From NCBI GenBank assembly GCA_963769425.1, contig CAVYLP010000001.1, positions 128,001 through 192,000 of the forward strand: a stretch of 64,000 nt of DNA, written 5' to 3'. Below, piece after piece: positions 1 to 9,160 of this stretch (its first letter is position 1; each line of letters opens with the position of its first letter). Below the pieces are notes generated by a model, which saw nothing but the letters and a program-made list of their open reading frames with translations, ran no database searches and was not told where the DNA came from. Source of the DNA: Candidatus Bathyarchaeota archaeon. Lineage in GTDB: Archaea; Thermoproteota; Bathyarchaeia; TCS64. A program made the translations under genes and the position numbers.

Positions 1-254
1 ATGCAGTTATCGATGCAGAGGTAGCAGAAGAGGCACTTAAACGGCTGGTACTCCACCCTCTTCTCCTCGGGCACGACCTTAATCGCCATACTAGGGCAGA
101 CGCGCTCGCAGTCCTGACACTGGTCGCACCTATTCATGTCCCACGTCAGCGCCCCTCGTGTGCCGGGCACAGGCGTCGGCTTCTCGAACGGGTACTTAAC
201 CGTCGCTGGCTTGCTGAAGAGGTTCTTCAGTACTTCCTTTACCATTTCCGGCAT
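1..254 (-). CDS. echF: Ech hydrogenase 2x[4Fe-4S] subunit F (NuoI-like), truncated by window edge
   Basis: Manual translation MPEMVKEVLKNLFSKPATVKYPF...CDQCQDCERVCP...CLFCYLCIDNC; ATG directly follows the echE stop. Confidence 0.88.
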   Translation of the reverse strand, partial: MPEMVKEVLKNLFSKPATVKYPFEKPTPVPGTRGALTWDMNRCDQCQDCERVCPSMAIKVVPEEKRVEYQPFKCLFCYLCIDNC

Positions 255-1382
255 TTAGATGGCCTCCTTCTTCACCCGGACGAAGCGCTCCGTGCAGCTT
301 ATGCACGGGTCGATGCTGTGGACGATGGTCGGTATATCCGGGACGTCGTTCCCGATGAGCATTGAGACGAGCGGCGGAATGTTTGCGGCGGTAGGGGTCC
401 TGATCTTGCAGCGGCTCAACTTGTTCGTGCCGTTCCCCTCTACGTAGTAGAATAGCTCGCCCCGTGGCTGCTCAGTCCTCACGAGGGCCGTGCCTACGGG
501 GAACTTTTCGCTCTTGTTGAGCACCGGCCCCTCAGGCATCTCCTTAAGCGCCTTCTCGATGAGGTCTAGGCTCTGGAAGACCTCGTCGTACCTGACAAGC
601 ATCCTCGAGTAGGCATCCTCACCATCGTGGGTCACTGGCTCGAAACCGAGCGCCCCGTATGCCTCGTACCCAGTCATCCTAGCGTCGGTCTTTATACCGC
701 TTCCCCTGATCGTTGGGCCAACGGCTCCGAGGAAAGATGCCTTGCTCTTCGGCAAGATTCCCCTACCCTGCGTCTTGGCCTTAAGGGCGGAGTCCTTGTA
801 GAAGACGGGGCGAAGGTTCTCCATCTTCTGCCTTACTACGCTGAGGTCTTCGACGTATGTCTTCGCGAGGCCCTCGTCGATGTCCTTCCTGCAGCCGCCG
901 ATCACGTTGGTCTCAAGGTGGATGCGGTGGCCGTTCGTCTTCTCGTTGAGGGTAAGTATAACCTCACGGTCGCGCCAGATCTGCATGAATAAGCTCTCGA
1001 AGCCGACGGCGTCGGCAAAGAGGCCGAGCCAGAGCAGGTGGCTCTGGAGGCGCTGTAGCTCGCTCCAGGCGACGCGTATGTACTTTGCTCGTGCGGGGAC
1101 CTCCGTGTCCGTCGTTTTCTCGATCGCCTCGCAGTAAGTCATGCCGTGGATGAAGTTGCAGATGCCGCAGACGCGCTCGCAGAGGTAGATGTTCCTCTTC
1201 AGGTCGTTGATCTCGCACGCGCGCTCTATACCGCGGTGGACGTAGCCTAGGTTGGGCACGACGTCGATTATCTTATCCTCGTCGACCACGAAGCGGAGGT
1301 GTACGGGTTCGGGTAGCACGGGGTGCTGGGGTCCGAAGGGTATTACAGTGTACTTGTTCTGGGACATCTTTGCATCACTCAT
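255..1382 (-). CDS. echE: Ech-type group 4 [NiFe]-hydrogenase large subunit
   Basis: FGPQHP N-terminus, GYVHRGIE, L1 motif ERVCGIC, L2 motif DPCISCTER; start at 1382 or 1367. Confidence 0.93.
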   Translation of the reverse strand: MSDAKMSQNKYTVIPFGPQHPVLPEPVHLRFVVDEDKIIDVVPNLGYVHRGIERACEINDLKRNIYLCERVCGICNFIHGMTYCEAIEKTTDTEVPARAKYIRVAWSELQRLQSHLLWLGLFADAVGFESLFMQIWRDREVILTLNEKTNGHRIHLETNVIGGCRKDIDEGLAKTYVEDLSVVRQKMENLRPVFYKDSALKAKTQGRGILPKSKASFLGAVGPTIRGSGIKTDARMTGYEAYGALGFEPVTHDGEDAYSRMLVRYDEVFQSLDLIEKALKEMPEGPVLNKSEKFPVGTALVRTEQPRGELFYYVEGNGTNKLSRCKIRTPTAANIPPLVSMLIGNDVPDIPTIVHSIDPCISCTERFVRVKKEAI

Positions 1383-3174
1383 TCCAGTCACACTTCCAGC
1401 AGCGCTTAGCCTCGCGAAGCGCCTCGTCCTCGTTGTAGCCGAGCTCGACCTCGCCGAAGCCCTTCACGCGCTCCTCAGCGTTCAGCTCGCGGCAGGTAAC
1501 CATCTCCTGGAACCTGATCTCCTCAATGTTTGGTGGGCGGCCGACGAACTCGTCCGCCTTGAGGTCAGGCGGCGGTAGGCCCTTGCCTCCGAGGCTCATG
1601 TCTATGCTGTGGGCGGCCTTCCTGCCGTCCCTCAGGGCCTCGATTACACTGCTGGGGCCGAAGACGCCGTCGCCACCGGCGTAGACGCCGGGGAGACTCG
1701 TCTGCATAGTCTCCTCGTTGATGACTATCCTGCCCTGCCTGTTGACCTCGACACCGAAGTCGGCGGGAACAACTACTGACTGGCCGATCGCCTTCACTAT
1801 GGTATCAACCTCGATGGTGTACTCGCTCCCCTTCACCGGTACTGGCCTGCGCCTGCCCGAGTCGTCGGGTGCACCGAGCTCCATGTGTTGGAGGGTGAGC
1901 TTCAGTGGCTTACCCGGCTCGATCTTGATGGGTGCGGTTAGGTACTCGAAGCTGACGCCCTCCTGTAGGGCCCCGTGGATCTCGTGGGGCGAGGCGGGCA
2001 TCTCCTTCTCGGTGCGCCTGTAGTACATGACCACCTTGCTGGCGCCTAGGCGCTTCGCTACGCGTGCCGCGTCTATCGAGCTGTTGCCTCCGCCGATGAT
2101 GGCGACGCGGTCGCCGACGGACGGGGTCTTGTCGTGTACGTTGACCTGGTTGAGGAGCTCACGGAAGTCCATGACACCCTCGTTGTCCTCGCCGTCGACG
2201 CCCAGCTTGTAGCTGTCGACCGCCCCGATGGCTACGAAGACGGCGTCGTGTTCCTTCTTAACGATCTTGAGGTTCTTGACCTCCTTCTTCGTCTTGAGGG
2301 TGACACCCGCCTCGGCTAGACGTGCCTGTATCTCCTCCTCAAGGAGGTCCTTAGGCAGCCTGTACTTTGGTATCCCCCAGAGCATGGCCCCGCCGCAGCG
2401 GTCGCCCCTCTCGTAGAGAGTGACCTCATGGCCGAGCAGGCCGAGGAAGTAGGCGCATCCGACGCCCGCGGGTCCCCCACCGACTACAGCGACCTTCTTA
2501 CCTGTGGGCTTCTCCACCTTCATCTTCCGCCTGAGGCTCGGCATCGAGTCCGCGGTGTACCTCTTTATGAGCCTGATCTGTATGGGCTCGTCGTTGCGCT
2601 CCTGGCGGCAGCCTTCCTGACACGGGGCGAAGCAGACCCTCCCGAGTATCGCGGGAAGAGGAGCCCTCTCACAGACGGTGCTGTAACCGCCCTGTGGATC
2701 GCCCGTAGCGACCTGCCTGATGTACTTCGGAGCATTAACGGAACCGGGGCACTGCTCTCTACAGCGGCCATAGAACCTCTTAATGAAAGGCGCGGGACCG
2801 ACCGCCGGCTTTACGAGCGTGGTGTCGTCAGCGCCCTCGATGGTGAGAAGCTTTCCGCCAAAGTCTACGCTGATGTTTGAGACCTGTATCTTGAAGAGGT
2901 CCTGTAGCTCGTTCTCGAAGAGCAGCGCGGATGGGTAGACGCTCGTGATACTCGGCATCGCCTCCTTCCGGGGGATCTTCACATGGAGGTTGACTACGTC
3001 CAAGCCCTTCGCGAAGTTGTATACGTACTCCATCTCCTGGCCGTGGTCGAGGGCCGTGATGGTTATCAGGCGTGCGCCCTGAGCCTTCAGCTCGCCAAGC
3101 CTGTTGAACATCTCCGACTTATCGGCTGAAATGTCCTCTGTCTTTGATTTTAACTCGAACTGCTGTACCGTCAT
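1375..3174 (-). CDS. EchD (NuoC-like) domain fused to a GltD/NfnB-like FAD/[4Fe-4S]/NADPH oxidoreductase
   Basis: N-terminal ~125 aa with PSITSVYPSALLFENELQDLF (EchD/NuoC), then CREQCP...GRVCFAPCQEGC, VVGGGPAG, GIPKYRLP, IIGGGNSSIDAAR/YYRR and C-terminal EAKRCWKC; sits at the echD position. Confidence 0.9.
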   Translation of the reverse strand: MTVQQFELKSKTEDISADKSEMFNRLGELKAQGARLITITALDHGQEMEYVYNFAKGLDVVNLHVKIPRKEAMPSITSVYPSALLFENELQDLFKIQVSNISVDFGGKLLTIEGADDTTLVKPAVGPAPFIKRFYGRCREQCPGSVNAPKYIRQVATGDPQGGYSTVCERAPLPAILGRVCFAPCQEGCRQERNDEPIQIRLIKRYTADSMPSLRRKMKVEKPTGKKVAVVGGGPAGVGCAYFLGLLGHEVTLYERGDRCGGAMLWGIPKYRLPKDLLEEEIQARLAEAGVTLKTKKEVKNLKIVKKEHDAVFVAIGAVDSYKLGVDGEDNEGVMDFRELLNQVNVHDKTPSVGDRVAIIGGGNSSIDAARVAKRLGASKVVMYYRRTEKEMPASPHEIHGALQEGVSFEYLTAPIKIEPGKPLKLTLQHMELGAPDDSGRRRPVPVKGSEYTIEVDTIVKAIGQSVVVPADFGVEVNRQGRIVINEETMQTSLPGVYAGGDGVFGPSSVIEALRDGRKAAHSIDMSLGGKGLPPPDLKADEFVGRPPNIEEIRFQEMVTCRELNAEERVKGFGEVELGYNEDEALREAKRCWKCDWNE

Positions 3175-3175
3175 C

Positions 3176-3619
3176 TTAGTCCACCTTCTCTCCCTCACTC
3201 ACCTTCTGGAGCTTCTGTAATGCGAGCACAACCCCGTCCACGATGGACTCTGGGCGGGCCGCGCAGCCGGGGACGTAGACGTCCACGGGGATGACCTTGT
3301 CGATGCCCCCGAGGGTGTTGGGGCAGTTGTGGAATATCGCACCGCTACACGCGCACTCGCCGATGGCGATGACCGCCTTCGGCTGAGGCATCTGGTCGTA
3401 GAGGTTCTTCAGCACGTGCTGGTTGCGCTTGTTGGCGGGGCCAGTCACGACCAGGACGTCCGCCTGCTTCGGGTCGCCTATGTTGACTATGCCGAAGCGC
3501 TCCACATCGAACTTAGGCGTCAGAGCGGCTAGTATCTCGATGTCGCAGCCGTTGCAGCTGCCGCAGTCAAAGTGTATGACCCACGGCGACTTGAGCCGTG
3601 CCTTAGTCATTGTCTTCAT
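3176..3619 (-). CDS. echC: Ech hydrogenase small subunit C (NuoB-like)
   Basis: SPWVIHFDCGSCNGCDIE, IGECACSG, VYVPGCAARPE; ATGA overlap with echB. Confidence 0.93.
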   Translation of the reverse strand: MKTMTKARLKSPWVIHFDCGSCNGCDIEILAALTPKFDVERFGIVNIGDPKQADVLVVTGPANKRNQHVLKNLYDQMPQPKAVIAIGECACSGAIFHNCPNTLGGIDKVIPVDVYVPGCAARPESIVDGVVLALQKLQKVSEGEKVD

Positions 3620-4524
3620 GATAGTATCACCACACGGGCGATGAGCCCGACGATGTTCGCGATTATTAGGAGGAAACCCACGACCCACGTTGTCTTCAAC
3701 ATGGTCTTCCAGTCGAGCCTCGGGTAGCTGTTGTCGATCACGAGGACGACGAAGAAGAGTGCGAAGGCTATGATTGCCCCAAAAACTATCCACGGGACCG
3801 TGAGTGCACCGAGGACAAGGTCCTTTGCCCAGAATAGGCTCGCGAAGCCTACGAGCAGGGCGACCTTCGTCCAGTGGCCCAACTCAACCAGTGCGAGTGT
3901 GTAGCCGCTGAACTCGGTGTAGACGCCCCTGACGAGCTCCTGGTGGGCGTGGCCCGAACCGGAGACGTCGAAGGGGGACTTCTTCATGTCGATGATGAGT
4001 ACAGGGATGAGGGCGAGGAAGGTCAGTGGTAGGATGGTTAGCAGTGGCTCCTGGACGTCGAAGATCGAGCCGACCATGAAGCTTCCGGAGACGAAGAAGA
4101 TGCTTATCGCGGCGAGTAGCAGGACGGGCTCGTAGCTGAGCATGCCAAGCAGCTCGCGGCGGGCTCCTATGTTGCTGTAGGGGGACTTGGAGTTAAAGGC
4201 CGCCACAATCAGGCATAGGTCAGCTATCGCCATCGTGAAGACGAGCAACAGCATGTCCTGCCCGAAGGCCAGGAGCGCGAAGGCGGCGACGCTGAAGCCG
4301 AAGTAGCCGAAGGCTAGTATCGGCTGGAGGCTGCTCGCGATGAACGGCTCCTTGCCCCAGAGCTTTATCGCGTCGTAGAAGGGCTGCAGTATCGGCGGCC
4401 CCATGCGGCTCTGCATCCTGGCGGTTATCCTCCGGTCTATGCCCATCAGCAGGCCGCCGATTATTGGGGCAAGTATGACTAAGACCACCGGAACGTACGT
4501 GTTGAGGTTGAGGAAGTCTACCAT
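3616..4524 (-). CDS. echB: Ech membrane subunit B (NuoH-like)
   Basis: RRITARMQSRMGPPILQPFYDAIKL, KSPFD, ELVRGVYTEFSG; multiple TM helices. Confidence 0.92.
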   Translation of the reverse strand: MVDFLNLNTYVPVVLVILAPIIGGLLMGIDRRITARMQSRMGPPILQPFYDAIKLWGKEPFIASSLQPILAFGYFGFSVAAFALLAFGQDMLLLVFTMAIADLCLIVAAFNSKSPYSNIGARRELLGMLSYEPVLLLAAISIFFVSGSFMVGSIFDVQEPLLTILPLTFLALIPVLIIDMKKSPFDVSGSGHAHQELVRGVYTEFSGYTLALVELGHWTKVALLVGFASLFWAKDLVLGALTVPWIVFGAIIAFALFFVVLVIDNSYPRLDWKTMLKTTWVVGFLLIIANIVGLIARVVILS

Positions 4525-4525
4525 G

Positions 4526-6448
4526 TCAAAGCACCACCGTTATGAACATTATCATGACGAGAATCGCACCCGCCACTGCTCCGTAGGCCAGCACGTTTGA
4601 TTGGCTGAACTCATTCTCCATGAACAGGGCGGAGACCTCCATCGGGACCTGCGTGTCCGCCGTCGTCCTGAAGGCGTCCGGGTCCGCGACGTTCTCGCCG
4701 CTGACGTATGGGGGCTTCACCACGCCGCCCTTCTTCGTAGCGATCATCCATCCTATAACGAAGATGGCGATTGCACCGACCCAGAAGGGGTATGTGAGGA
4801 AAGTGCCGATGCCGGAGGAGAAACTGAGGGTCCCTGTGGTCACGAATGCGGACCACCCAGTAGGGAGCGCAGGGAGCACAACGGCGCCGATCACCATCGA
4901 TGCGCCGGCTCCCATCACTATGCCGATGGTCAGCAGGGACAGCAGGGATATCGAGTATGGCAACGGGAGCTGCTCCTCGCCGAGCTTCTTCCCGGACTGC
5001 GGGAGCACGAGCATGTGACCCAGCCACTTAGCGTAGTAGAGCGTAGTCGCTGCGCTGCCGATGAGTACGAGTGAGATTATTATGAGGAAACCCAGGGTGG
5101 AAGACGAGATTATCGCGTCTATGGCTATCCACTTACCCAGAAGCATCCCGAAGGGCGGTAGGAACATGCTCAGCATCCCGACGATCATGATGGTCGTCGT
5201 AGTCGGGAGCTTAGCGAGTAGACCCTCCCAGTCCTCGATCGCGCGCGAGTATACGCGGTTCTCGACGACACCCGCGCAGAGGAAGAGTAGACCCTTTGAA
5301 ACGGAGTGGAAGACGAGTAGCGTAAGAGCAGCGACGTAGCCCAGCGGGTTCTGGAAGGAGCTGATGCCCACACAGAGGATGATGAGTCCGAGGTTCCCAA
5401 TTGTTGAGTAGGCAAGTATTCCCTTGGATACCCTCTCATTTAGGGCGAGGACAGCCGTTATCATGAATGTGAACGCCCCGACGAGGGCGACCCCGAAGCT
5501 CAGTGCGGTACCGCTGAAGGCGGGGGCGAACCTCAGGATGAGGAAGATGCCCGCGTTAACCATCGTGCTGGAGTGCAGCAGCGCGGAGACAGGGGTCGGT
5601 GCGACCATAGCGCCTTGCAACCACTTGTTGAACGGAAACTGCGCCGACTTCGTGAAAGCTGCGAAGACGAGCGCAGAGAAGAGGAGTAACAGTGGGCGGC
5701 TAAGGTTCGAGGTTACAAGCGTCTCGATTGAGAGTGTACCAACGAAGGTGAAAGCCAAGTAGATTGCGGCGACGAACCCGACGCCGCCGAGGAGGTTCAT
5801 CCAGAGGGCTGTAAGCGCGTTCTTCACAGCGATATCCGTGCCGTCGTGCCTGATCAGCTCGTAGCTGCACAGGGTCGTGACCTCCCAGAAGAAGTAGACC
5901 CAGTAGAGGCTGTTGCTGAAGACTAGGCCAGCCATGGCGCCGAGGAGGACGAGCATGAAGAAGAAGAAGCGTGGCTGTTTGCTCTTCTCAATGTGCAGGT
6001 GGTGCTCGTGCTCATCCATGTAGCTAAGCGCGTAGACGACGATGAGGGAGCCCACGATGCTGATGATGAGGCTCATAATAAGGGAAAGCTGGTTGACAAC
6101 TATCATAGGCTCAACGGCCATTCCGCCGAGGCCGAACTCAAAATAGGCCACTGGGACGAGTTGCAGAGCAGCGAGCCCGATGACCAGCCAATTATTGTTC
6201 TTCAGTCCAGCGTACAGGAAGTAGACGAGGAGAGCTAGGTCAAGCACGAGTACGATGCTCTCGAATATGGGCGCCGGCTCGTACGTGAAGCCACCCCCCT
6301 GGAATAGCAGCAGGGATGAGCCAATTAGGATAACGGCGGTCAACCCGACGAGGATTCGTCTGGCCGCCTTATTGTTTAGGGCATAACATAGGAGACCCGC
6401 CAATGGTGGGAAACCAACCGTCAGGGCTATGAGAGCATCTCCATTCAT
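4526..6448 (-). CDS. echA: Ech antiporter-like membrane subunit A (NuoL/MrpA-like)
   Basis: FFWEVTT, TKSAQFPF..WL..AMVAPTPVSALLHSSTMV, LAYST, HSVSKGLLFL. Confidence 0.92.
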   Translation of the reverse strand: MNGDALIALTVGFPPLAGLLCYALNNKAARRILVGLTAVILIGSSLLLFQGGGFTYEPAPIFESIVLVLDLALLVYFLYAGLKNNNWLVIGLAALQLVPVAYFEFGLGGMAVEPMIVVNQLSLIMSLIISIVGSLIVVYALSYMDEHEHHLHIEKSKQPRFFFFMLVLLGAMAGLVFSNSLYWVYFFWEVTTLCSYELIRHDGTDIAVKNALTALWMNLLGGVGFVAAIYLAFTFVGTLSIETLVTSNLSRPLLLLFSALVFAAFTKSAQFPFNKWLQGAMVAPTPVSALLHSSTMVNAGIFLILRFAPAFSGTALSFGVALVGAFTFMITAVLALNERVSKGILAYSTIGNLGLIILCVGISSFQNPLGYVAALTLLVFHSVSKGLLFLCAGVVENRVYSRAIEDWEGLLAKLPTTTTIMIVGMLSMFLPPFGMLLGKWIAIDAIISSSTLGFLIIISLVLIGSAATTLYYAKWLGHMLVLPQSGKKLGEEQLPLPYSISLLSLLTIGIVMGAGASMVIGAVVLPALPTGWSAFVTTGTLSFSSGIGTFLTYPFWVGAIAIFVIGWMIATKKGGVVKPPYVSGENVADPDAFRTTADTQVPMEVSALFMENEFSQSNVLAYGAVAGAILVMIMFITVVL

Positions 6449-6539
6449 GAGTTCTCACACAACATTTGTACAGAAAACGGCGGGATAGATGACATAGATT
6501 CAGCGCAAAGGTAAGTATATACCTCCGCCGAAACTGTAC

Positions 6540-6790
6540 ATACCATCCCCTACGCTTCAAAATAAAGAGATTTAAACATATCGTTAAAAAAAGACGTTTT
6601 CTTTATAAAGATATGTCTTTAAAATGACAAAAGATAGAATTACTTAATGTTCTGAACGGCATTTGTCAATAAATTAGAAATATTTACCGTACAAATTCGC
6701 TTATTTAACTTAATTTTATCGATTAATATTTGTAATATTGGTAATTACTATAATTAAAATAAATATAGAATATATATGGGGAAAAATATG
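6540..6790. promoter_or_regulatory. AT-rich divergent promoter region between ech operon and gdhA
   Basis: Very AT-rich intergenic stretch with several TTTAAA/TATA-like boxes between divergent genes; exact boxes not resolved. Confidence 0.5.
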
Positions 6791-6837
6791 GATAGCAATA
6801 TATACCGGATGGCTGGAGTTTATGGGAGGCGCGAAAA

Positions 6838-8187
6838 TTGGATAAGTACATTGAGAGTATCTACAAAGGCCTCGTTGAGAAGGATCCCCTACAGAAGGAG
6901 TTCCATCAGGCAGCTTACGAGGTTCTATCGACCATCGAGCCGGCGATCAAGAAGTTCCCTAAGTACCAGGAGAACGCCATCCTTGAGCGCTTGGTTGAGC
7001 CCGAAAGGATCATTCAGTTCCGTGTTCCTTGGAAGGACAAGGACGGCAAGATCCAAGTCAACCGCGGCTACCGTGTACAGTACAACTCAGCCATCGGCCC
7101 ATACAAGGGCGGATTCAGACTCCATCCCACCGTCAACCTCGGCGTCATGAAGTTCCTCGGGTTCGAGCAGACCTTCAAGAACAGCCTCACAACGCTCCCA
7201 ATGGGAGGCGCAAAGGGCGGCTCCGACTTCGACCCCAAGGGCAAAACGGATGCTGAGGTAGAGACCTTCTGCGAGAGCTTCATGTTCGAGATCTACAGGC
7301 ACATCGGTCAGTTCATCGACGTCCCCGCAGGCGACATCGGTGTCGGCGGGCGAGAGATCGGCTACCTGTACGGTGCCTACCGCAAGATCACCAACAACCA
7401 CGGCACAGGTGTACTCACGGGTAAGGGCCTTACCTTCGGCGGCAGCCTCGCGAGGACCGAGGCGACCGGCTATGGTGCAGTCTACTTCAGTGAGGAGATG
7501 ATGAAGACGAAGAAGGAGTCCCTAAAGGGCAAGGTCGCCGTCGTCTCCGGCTCCGGAAACGTCGCACAGTACGCGGTCCAGAAGCTCATCCAGCTCGGCG
7601 CTAAGCCAGTCACTCTTAGTGACTCCGACGGCTACATCTACGACCCTGCAGGCATCGACGCGAAGAAGCTTGACTACGTGCTCGAGCTCAAGAACGTCAA
7701 GAGGGGCCGCATCAGCGAGTACGCTGAGAAGTTCAAGGGCGTCACCTACGAGGCGAAGAAGACCCCGTGGGCCGTAAAGTGCGACCTAGCATACCCCTGC
7801 GCGACTCAGAACGAGCTAAACGACAAGGACGCTAAGAAGCTCATCGACAACGGAGTCAAGGCGGTCACCGAGGGCGCAAACATGCCGTGCACCCTAGAGG
7901 CCATCAAGGTCCTCATGGACGGGGGCGTGCTATACGCACCAGGCAAGGCCAGCAACGCAGGCGGCGTAGCCACGAGTGGCCTCGAAATGAGCCAGAACAG
8001 CCAGCGCTACTTCTGGAGCTTCGAGGAGGTTGACCAGAAGCTACACGGCATCATGGTCAGCATCCACAAGAACGCGTACGACACGGCGAAGCTCTTCGGT
8101 CAGCCCGGTAACTATGTCATGGGCGCCAACATCGCAGGCTTCCTCAAGGTAGCCGACGCGATGATCGCTCAGGGCATATACGCCTAA
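6838..8187 (+). CDS. gdhA: NADP-type glutamate dehydrogenase
   Basis: EFHQA, GPYKGGFRLHP, PMGGAKGGSDFDPKG, DVPAGDIGVG, SGSGNVA, PCATQNE, PGKASNAGGV. Confidence 0.95.
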   Translation: MDKYIESIYKGLVEKDPLQKEFHQAAYEVLSTIEPAIKKFPKYQENAILERLVEPERIIQFRVPWKDKDGKIQVNRGYRVQYNSAIGPYKGGFRLHPTVNLGVMKFLGFEQTFKNSLTTLPMGGAKGGSDFDPKGKTDAEVETFCESFMFEIYRHIGQFIDVPAGDIGVGGREIGYLYGAYRKITNNHGTGVLTGKGLTFGGSLARTEATGYGAVYFSEEMMKTKKESLKGKVAVVSGSGNVAQYAVQKLIQLGAKPVTLSDSDGYIYDPAGIDAKKLDYVLELKNVKRGRISEYAEKFKGVTYEAKKTPWAVKCDLAYPCATQNELNDKDAKKLIDNGVKAVTEGANMPCTLEAIKVLMDGGVLYAPGKASNAGGVATSGLEMSQNSQRYFWSFEEVDQKLHGIMVSIHKNAYDTAKLFGQPGNYVMGANIAGFLKVADAMIAQGIYA

Positions 8188-8208
8188 ATTTTCCTTTTTC
8201 CCTTTTTA
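8188..8208 (+). terminator. Oligo-T archaeal terminator candidate after gdhA
   Basis: ATTTTCCTTTTTCCCTTTTT immediately after the stop codon. Confidence 0.5.
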
Positions 8209-8340
8209 CATTCTAAATAAAAAATTCATTTTTCATGCATCGGTTTCTTCCCTTTAATTAAGGCTGCAAGTTATGGCTGATATGTAATTACAACATGTAC
8301 AGGTTTTTATAGTATTGACCCTAAGTACTGTGATCCCTTC

Positions 8341-9159
8341 ATGTACGATATAGTGCGGAAGGAGCAGCTTGCACCGAACATCAAGCTCTTTGAGGTCAAC
8401 GCGCCCGCGGTTGCCGCTAAATCGAGGCCTGGGCAGTTTGTAATTCTGCGTGTCCACGAACGGGGTGAGAGATTTCCGATAACGATAGCCGACGCCAGCC
8501 CCAGGAAGGGCACGGTTAACATCATCTTTGCAGAGGTGGGCAAGTCATCGACCCAACTCGGGAAGCTAGAGGTCGGGGAGGGCATACTGAACTTCTCCGG
8601 CCCCCTCGGGAACGCGACTAAGATTCAGAAATACGGCGACGTCCTCTGCGTCGGTGGGGGGGTTATGGCCGGTGCACTGCTATACCAGGTGAAGGCGTTG
8701 AAGAATGCGGGGAACCACATAACAACGATCCTCGGGGCGAGGAGCAAGGAGCACCTGATCCTCGTAGATGAACTAAGGAAGGCCAGCGACGAGTTCCACG
8801 TCGCCACGGACGACGGCTCGGAGGGCCACGAGGGCATAGCCTTCCTCGCGGAGATGCTTAAGGAGAAGAAGTTCGCCCAGGCAATCACCATCGGGCCGAC
8901 GAGCATGCAGATGGTCGTCTCCGAGATGACGAGGCCCTACAGTATACCCACAACGGTGAACCTGTTCCCTATAATGGTGGATGGGACGGGTATGTGCGGG
9001 GCCTGCCGTGTAACTGTCGGCGGGGAGACGAAGTTCGCATGCGTAAACGGCCCAGATTTCGATGGCCACAAGGTAAACTACGACGAGCTGATTAGTCGCA
9101 TGAGGTTCTACAACCCAAACGAGAAGATTGCCATGGTAGTTTTCGACGGAGGCGACTGA
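8341..9159 (+). CDS. nfnA: NfnA/SudB small subunit (FAD, [2Fe-2S])
   Basis: PGQFVILR..ERGERFP, GPLG, MVDGTGMCGACR...CVNGP (Asp+3Cys [2Fe-2S] motif). Confidence 0.92.
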   Translation: MYDIVRKEQLAPNIKLFEVNAPAVAAKSRPGQFVILRVHERGERFPITIADASPRKGTVNIIFAEVGKSSTQLGKLEVGEGILNFSGPLGNATKIQKYGDVLCVGGGVMAGALLYQVKALKNAGNHITTILGARSKEHLILVDELRKASDEFHVATDDGSEGHEGIAFLAEMLKEKKFAQAITIGPTSMQMVVSEMTRPYSIPTTVNLFPIMVDGTGMCGACRVTVGGETKFACVNGPDFDGHKVNYDELISRMRFYNPNEKIAMVVFDGGD

Positions 9160-9160
9160 C

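Noticed and set aside
255-1382. Hydrogenase-like complex lacking a NiFe site (Ehr/Mbx/Fpo-like)
   Set aside because: Both CxxC Ni-binding motifs are intact.
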